From Takakia lepidozioides (taxonomy: Eukaryota > Plantae > Bryophyta), in assembly GCA_030704615.1 (NCBI GenBank), contig CM060732.1, positions 62,000,001-62,064,000 of the forward strand: 64,000 nucleotides of DNA, given 5' to 3'. Under the pieces are notes generated by a model. The model searched no databases. It was not told the DNA's origin and saw only the letters and a program-made list of their open reading frames with translations. This document shows, piece after piece, positions 58,920-64,000 of this stretch. Numbering within the stretch: position 1 is the stretch's first letter; every line of letters begins with the position of its first letter. The position numbers and the translations under genes were made by a program.

Positions 58920-59475
58920 TACTTCTGCACAGGCGAGCAGGGGAGGAAATGCGAAGACTCATAGCAGGAGAAGCAATGCTGACGGATGAGGCCAGCGGGG
59001 CTCCAAGGGTTGATGGAGAGGCGGCGGAAGGAGGCTGCAGATTGAGTTCCACTTTACTGAGGCAATCGCAAATTTCTGTAGAGACTTGATAACTGTATGA
59101 TTGTCTCTCTTATACTGGAGCTGATGTAGATGGACCCAGGCCTTGGGTCTGCATGTTGAGCATGGTTCACTTTCTTTTTCCTGGCAGTGAAGTTGTCTGT
59201 GCCTTGTGGGGGTGGTGACGGGGCAATCTGGTGCCTGTTGTCGCCGATCCCTGACCTGTAAATTGCACACTGAAGAAACACGAGCAGTAACAGGAAGACG
59301 GAAACCATTGTAAGCCAACAATAATCGCTGGCGAGAGATGCGAATTAAACCAAGTTGATGGAACTTCAAGCTGGTCTTGGCCTTGGATTCCATGCAAAGA
59401 CGGCCACATTACAGCAGGCCGCCTGTCCATAAGCCATGAAGGTGCTGCGCAGTGCATCTGCTCTTGAAATCGCCC

Positions 59476-59586
59476 CAATTCCTGGTTTGTAGTCTCTAGG
59501 TCGAATAAGGCCTGGGCTACAGCCTCTTCAAACTCATCAGGCTCGAGCCCCTTCTCCTTCTGAATCTTCCTGCGTGCTGTAAACAT
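59476..59586 (-). pseudogene. RPS7: Processed fragment of 40S ribosomal protein S7 (eS7), N-terminal 37 codons
   Basis: [37 protein letters not shown] matches the plant eS7 N-terminus, continuous across the AQ/ALF junction. Similarity ends after NQEL. Confidence 0.8.
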
Positions 59587-61333
59587 GGCTGCTGCCTTGC
59601 CGTCCTGAAAGCTCGAGGAGGCAGGCCCACGCGCAGAGAAAAGCAAATCGCCTCCAGGGTGTGATACCCCACCCAACTGAGGTCGAGTTTTGGAGTTAAT
59701 GAGCTCTTGGTGCCTGGAGAAGCCTGGAAAAGAACGGCCTCGGGAACCCGTAGATAACCTGGGAACAGGTTGTAATTGCAAAAACGTTTTGGTGTTAAAA
59801 AAAAAAAGGGCCTTTTTGATCTAATTTAAATGCTTAAAGAGCCCGGTTGGTCATATCTTTGTCAAATGAGCTCCGTTTGACTTGGTTTTTGAGGGGATAG
59901 CTGCAGAAAGGGGAAATCTACCTATCTAGGTTTCTGTTTTTGGGACTCTGCTAAAAATCTATGGAATTTTTAGAGTGTGAGTGTGTCGTGAAAGATCCAC
60001 AATTCTGTTTCTAGAACCAATTCTGGTCTATTTGAGAGACAAATATGTGGATGTCCTCCTTGTATGGCTGAGGGAAATGAGGACGTAATTGAAGGGCAGG
60101 TCTCTTCTCTTAGCTTGTGCACACAAGGGGACAGGATTTATGTTTCCCAAGGAACTCAGACTGATTTGAGTGGAGAACAGTTGGACGAGTTGATTGCATA
60201 CTGGGAGTCAGGCATTAGCAGTAGACAACAGACTGCTGTAGTTGGCGTTGAGGGCCTTAATATCGCTTTGGGCAGTCAGAACTCTGTTGGAGCCAGCAGT
60301 TCTGCAGCTGTAAGTGAAATACCAAAGTGGGTGAAAAAGCTAGGCTTGGAACACAGCCAAAGACAGCCCCGGGGACCAAGGTGTTCAGCCACAAGGCTGT
60401 GGTGTACTGGAGCAGAGGAGCAGGAGCTACACAAGTTTGTGCAATCAGACAGCGTTGCAGCTGGACACGCTCTGCACAAGGCAACCAGGAGCGGGGGTTC
60501 ATTAGCGAGGACAAGTTTGTTCTGTTTGAAGGAGATGCAGTCATTCGCAATGAGGACACCCGCAACCGTCTCAAAGCTTTCGAGTTGAGAGACTATCAGA
60601 CCCTACCTTTGTTTTCTTTAGTGTTCAGTGAGCGGGAGATAGCAGAGTGTTGCTTTGTCTCTACCTGGCAGAAAGAGGAGGAGGGTTGGTTAGAGCGAGC
60701 TACTGTAGCTTGGGACAAGCTTAGTGGCAGGTTTCTGGACATAGATATACACCTTACCATCATGCAGAGCGAGGCACTTTCAGAGAAGTCTGGAAGTTGA
60801 TAGCATAGATCAGGATTAGATCTTGCTTGGGCGGGCTTCTATTCTTCCCCTCCATCTCTGTACTATTTTCATTACCTTGTACTTGTAGTTGCCAAAGCCT
60901 CTCTTGGTGGAGGCCAGTCAGTCCGGGGTTTTGGGCTGGGATATTCTGCAGGATCAGCATTGCAGCTGGATTTTGGTGTGGGGGTGTTGATGTTTTGATT
61001 TCTTGTGTTTGGATCCCCCCCCCCCCAACACCTGCATGCTTGACTGTGCGCCATGTTGGTTTTGTGTGGGCGCTTGCTTTCATAGGGATTAGACCGGATT
61101 TGATCACCGGTCAATCCTAGAGTATGCTATCGGTGGTGAGGCTGGAGTGATGACCAGCAAGACCACCAGTGTTTCTTCTATGGTGAGGCTGGGTTGATGA
61201 CCAGCCAACCATAGGAGTTCTTGCGGTGGATGCAGGTGCAGGTGCCCTGAGCCATTGGGATATGACCCTTAAACTGCAACAGGTGCCCACCCGTGTCACT
61301 ATTAGAATTAGTACTAGAGCCCTCTAGTGTCAC

Positions 61334-64000
61334 GTGGGGGAGGTGCACATTGTGAGTGTCATCACGGAGTTACCCAAGGGTTTTGAGGGGAGTACGGCTA
61401 CAGGCAGTAACAGTGAGAGTGGGTTCACAAGACGAGGTATTCGGTTCAGACCACCTTCACCGCCACCCTCAACTAGTGCAGAGTCAGACACAGACTCGGA
61501 GGCTTTATCAACAGGTGTGCAATTTCATTCGCCATTGTTGTGGGACGACATGGAGGAGATGTATGGAGCTACCAAGGGGCCTCGTAGGTACTCTGGAGCT
61601 GTGGACACAATCGAGTTGGATGACTTTATCCAGGAGTTCGACAGCTGGTGTGATTTGCAGCAGATGCGCAATCCACAGCTATTCACCCCATTCATGGCGT
61701 GGAAGGGACTGTTCCAGCATTTGGAAGGCCCGCCTATGGACGATTACCACGAGTTCAGGCGAGGACATGAAGCAGAGATTGAGGAGTGGAGGATGTATTG
61801 GTCACCTGACTACGTCTCCATTACTCGAGGCATGACGCGACCAGTAGCTGCATCAGTACCGATATCTCCCACTACCAGCACTAGTAGTGGAACAAGTAGT
61901 GCCAGTACTTCTGCAGGTGGTACCAGTTCAAAAGGTGCTACTACTCCTCCTGCCACGACTACAACACATGTGCCTAGATTCAACCCGGTGGTGGAGTTCT
62001 TCCAGGAGTTGCGGAGGAACTACCAAGGTGTACGGACAGAGAAGCTGCGAAGTTTGTAAGACTTCCAGCGCAAAACCCAGTGAGAGCTTGCGAGAGGCCT
62101 ACACTCATATGAGGCGCTTGATAAGTGTGACCCAGGGGTTACTGAAGCTCAGGCAATCCAGTTCTGGTATGGAATTTTGGACAAGGAGCTCAGGAGAAGG
62201 GTGCGGGATGCAACCTGTTACAAGCAGCCCAACCCACATTAGCAGATGTGTTTCTGCTGGCTGAGCGGATTGAGCTCAACATGGTGGAGGAGCGAGTTGT
62301 TACCATTGGGTTTGGCAAGACATGCCTGCACGAGGCGCAGCTGCCAGCCCACAGGCACAAGGGACTGCCCAACAGCGTGGTCAGGGGGGCCAGGTTTCCC
62401 AACCCAAGTTCCATGGAGCTTACAGGGGACCTCAGGTGCAGAGGCCCGTGGCATCTTTTGCAGGCCAACAGCAACCAGGGGTGATATGTTGGACATGTGG
62501 AGGACCCCATGTCAAGAGAGATTGCCCAGAGAGTGGCAAAAGGCCGGCACAAACACAGCCTGCACAGTTGCAGTGTGGGCATTGTGGCAAGTATGGGCAT
62601 GGAGCTGCCCAGTGTTATGACTTGCATCCTGAGTTGCGCCCATGCCAGTTCCAAGGGAACAATGGTGGACGGGGGCGAGGTGGACCAGCCCAGAGAGGCG
62701 CCAGATTTGGAGTAGGTTGGCTCCATTGATCTGGTAGTGGCAGGTTGGCCTTGCCAAGGGCATTCATCAGCCGGGCATGGCAATGGATTGCGAGACTCGA
62801 AGACAAGTCTGTTTTGGGAGATGGTGCGGATTTTGCGCCACTTGCAGCTTCATCAAGCTGTATCACCAGCATACATCTTGGAGAATGTGCCACTGATGGG
62901 CGATTCGTCGCCAGGGTGATGGCCAGTGTGCATCAAGTCCGGTCGTGGCTTGGGTCAGCAGTGCTGCTAGATGCAGCTGCAGTGGGATCACGGGCTCATC
63001 GTCCACGGCTATGGTGGATTAATTTGATGCCACCCGCACTGCTCAAGCGTGCATTTGATGGGGTGCAGCGGCCAATACACCTCATAGTGGACAGCATTTT
63101 GGACACAGGGAGGCAGTCTCAACGTGTGAGACACGATGACCGTTCGCCTTTGGCAGTGGTCAACAGGGTGGGTCAACCACGAGCAGCATTACCTACACTG
63201 CTCAGCTTCCCAGGATCCCATGCTTTCGGGATGGTGGACCTGGCCTTTTGTGGGATGCTCAGATGCAACAGTTAGTGGAGCCTAATGCCGACGAGCGAGA
63301 GCGGGCTATGGGGTTTTCCACTGGGACCGCGGCGGTGCCTTCTTTTTCTGAGGCATCACGTCGTCAGGTGTTGGGGCAAGCAATGGATCTCAATTGCTTG
63401 ACCTGGATTATCAGCTTGGCTATGGCTGAGCAACGTAGAGTGCGGAGTGCATTTCCCTTGACGGTCTCTCTGCCTACCGAGACGGTACAGGCAGCGAGTG
63501 TGGGCGAGCATATGAGGACCACGGGGTGTAGACATCCATGGCACACGTGGGAGGTACTCGAGGTTCAGAGGGAGTTGGCAGCCAAGGCAGCTGTGATGGA
63601 TGAGGTTGGGGATTCTTCTCGGGATGAGGAGGTTCTCAATGATGAGATGATGGGGTTAGGATGAGGCCTTGTCATTGACTGAGCAGGAAGGAGTACTGCT
63701 CAAGAGGTTGCAGCATAGCAACCACGAGACGCGTCCTCTACCTCTAAGCCCACTGGACTTAAGGTTGCAGTTACGGAGGACAATTGGGAGCCTGACATTG
63801 GACCCATTGTCACCGGAGGAGAGAGACAACGTATATGGCGGTTCCTGAGGGCTTATAGGAATTGCTTTGCCTTCAGTTTGAAAGACTTGGGAGCACTAAA
63901 GGGTCAAGAGATTCGCATTGAATTGGCCACTGACACGCCAATCTTTCGGAGACCCTATAGATATAGTGACATGGAGAGGTCCTTGATTCAGATGAGAACT
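61334..64000 (+). mobile_element. Second, degenerate DNMT-Gypsy copy (internally deleted; runs off the window end)
   Basis: gag homologous to 50683-52016 with TAA at 62057 and frameshifts. Joined at ~62698 to sequence matching 53819 onward. MTase motifs IV-X retained, UAG-CAA-CCA at 63716, then the start of RT. Confidence 0.93.

Overview
Eukaryotic, intron-containing land-plant DNA. The protein styles suggest a non-seed plant such as a bryophyte or lycophyte (inference only). The left 44 kb is gene space: an OSCA/ERD4 channel gene with an unusual ~470-aa repetitive acidic tail, a gankyrin-like ankyrin gene head-to-head with a plastid PDZ-like gene, a B3/REM gene, oleosin and GH3 pseudogenes, and many small TEs (hAT MITE, LINE remnants, tRNA-like SINEs). 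The right 20 kb holds three co-oriented copies of one Ty3/Gypsy LTR-retrotransposon family, the main finding. Its polyprotein is Gag(2xCCHC)-protease-[DNMT3-like C5 cytosine methyltransferase with motifs I-VI and VIII-X]-UAG CAA CCA-RT-RNaseH-integrase-[PHD finger]. The single in-frame UAG sits in a CARYYA readthrough context conserved in two copies, so the methyltransferase would be made at Gag-level stoichiometry. Gag also appears to start at a non-AUG codon. The LTRs are only ~177 bp and no canonical tRNA primer site is evident. All domain calls come from motif recognition by eye; no searches were run.
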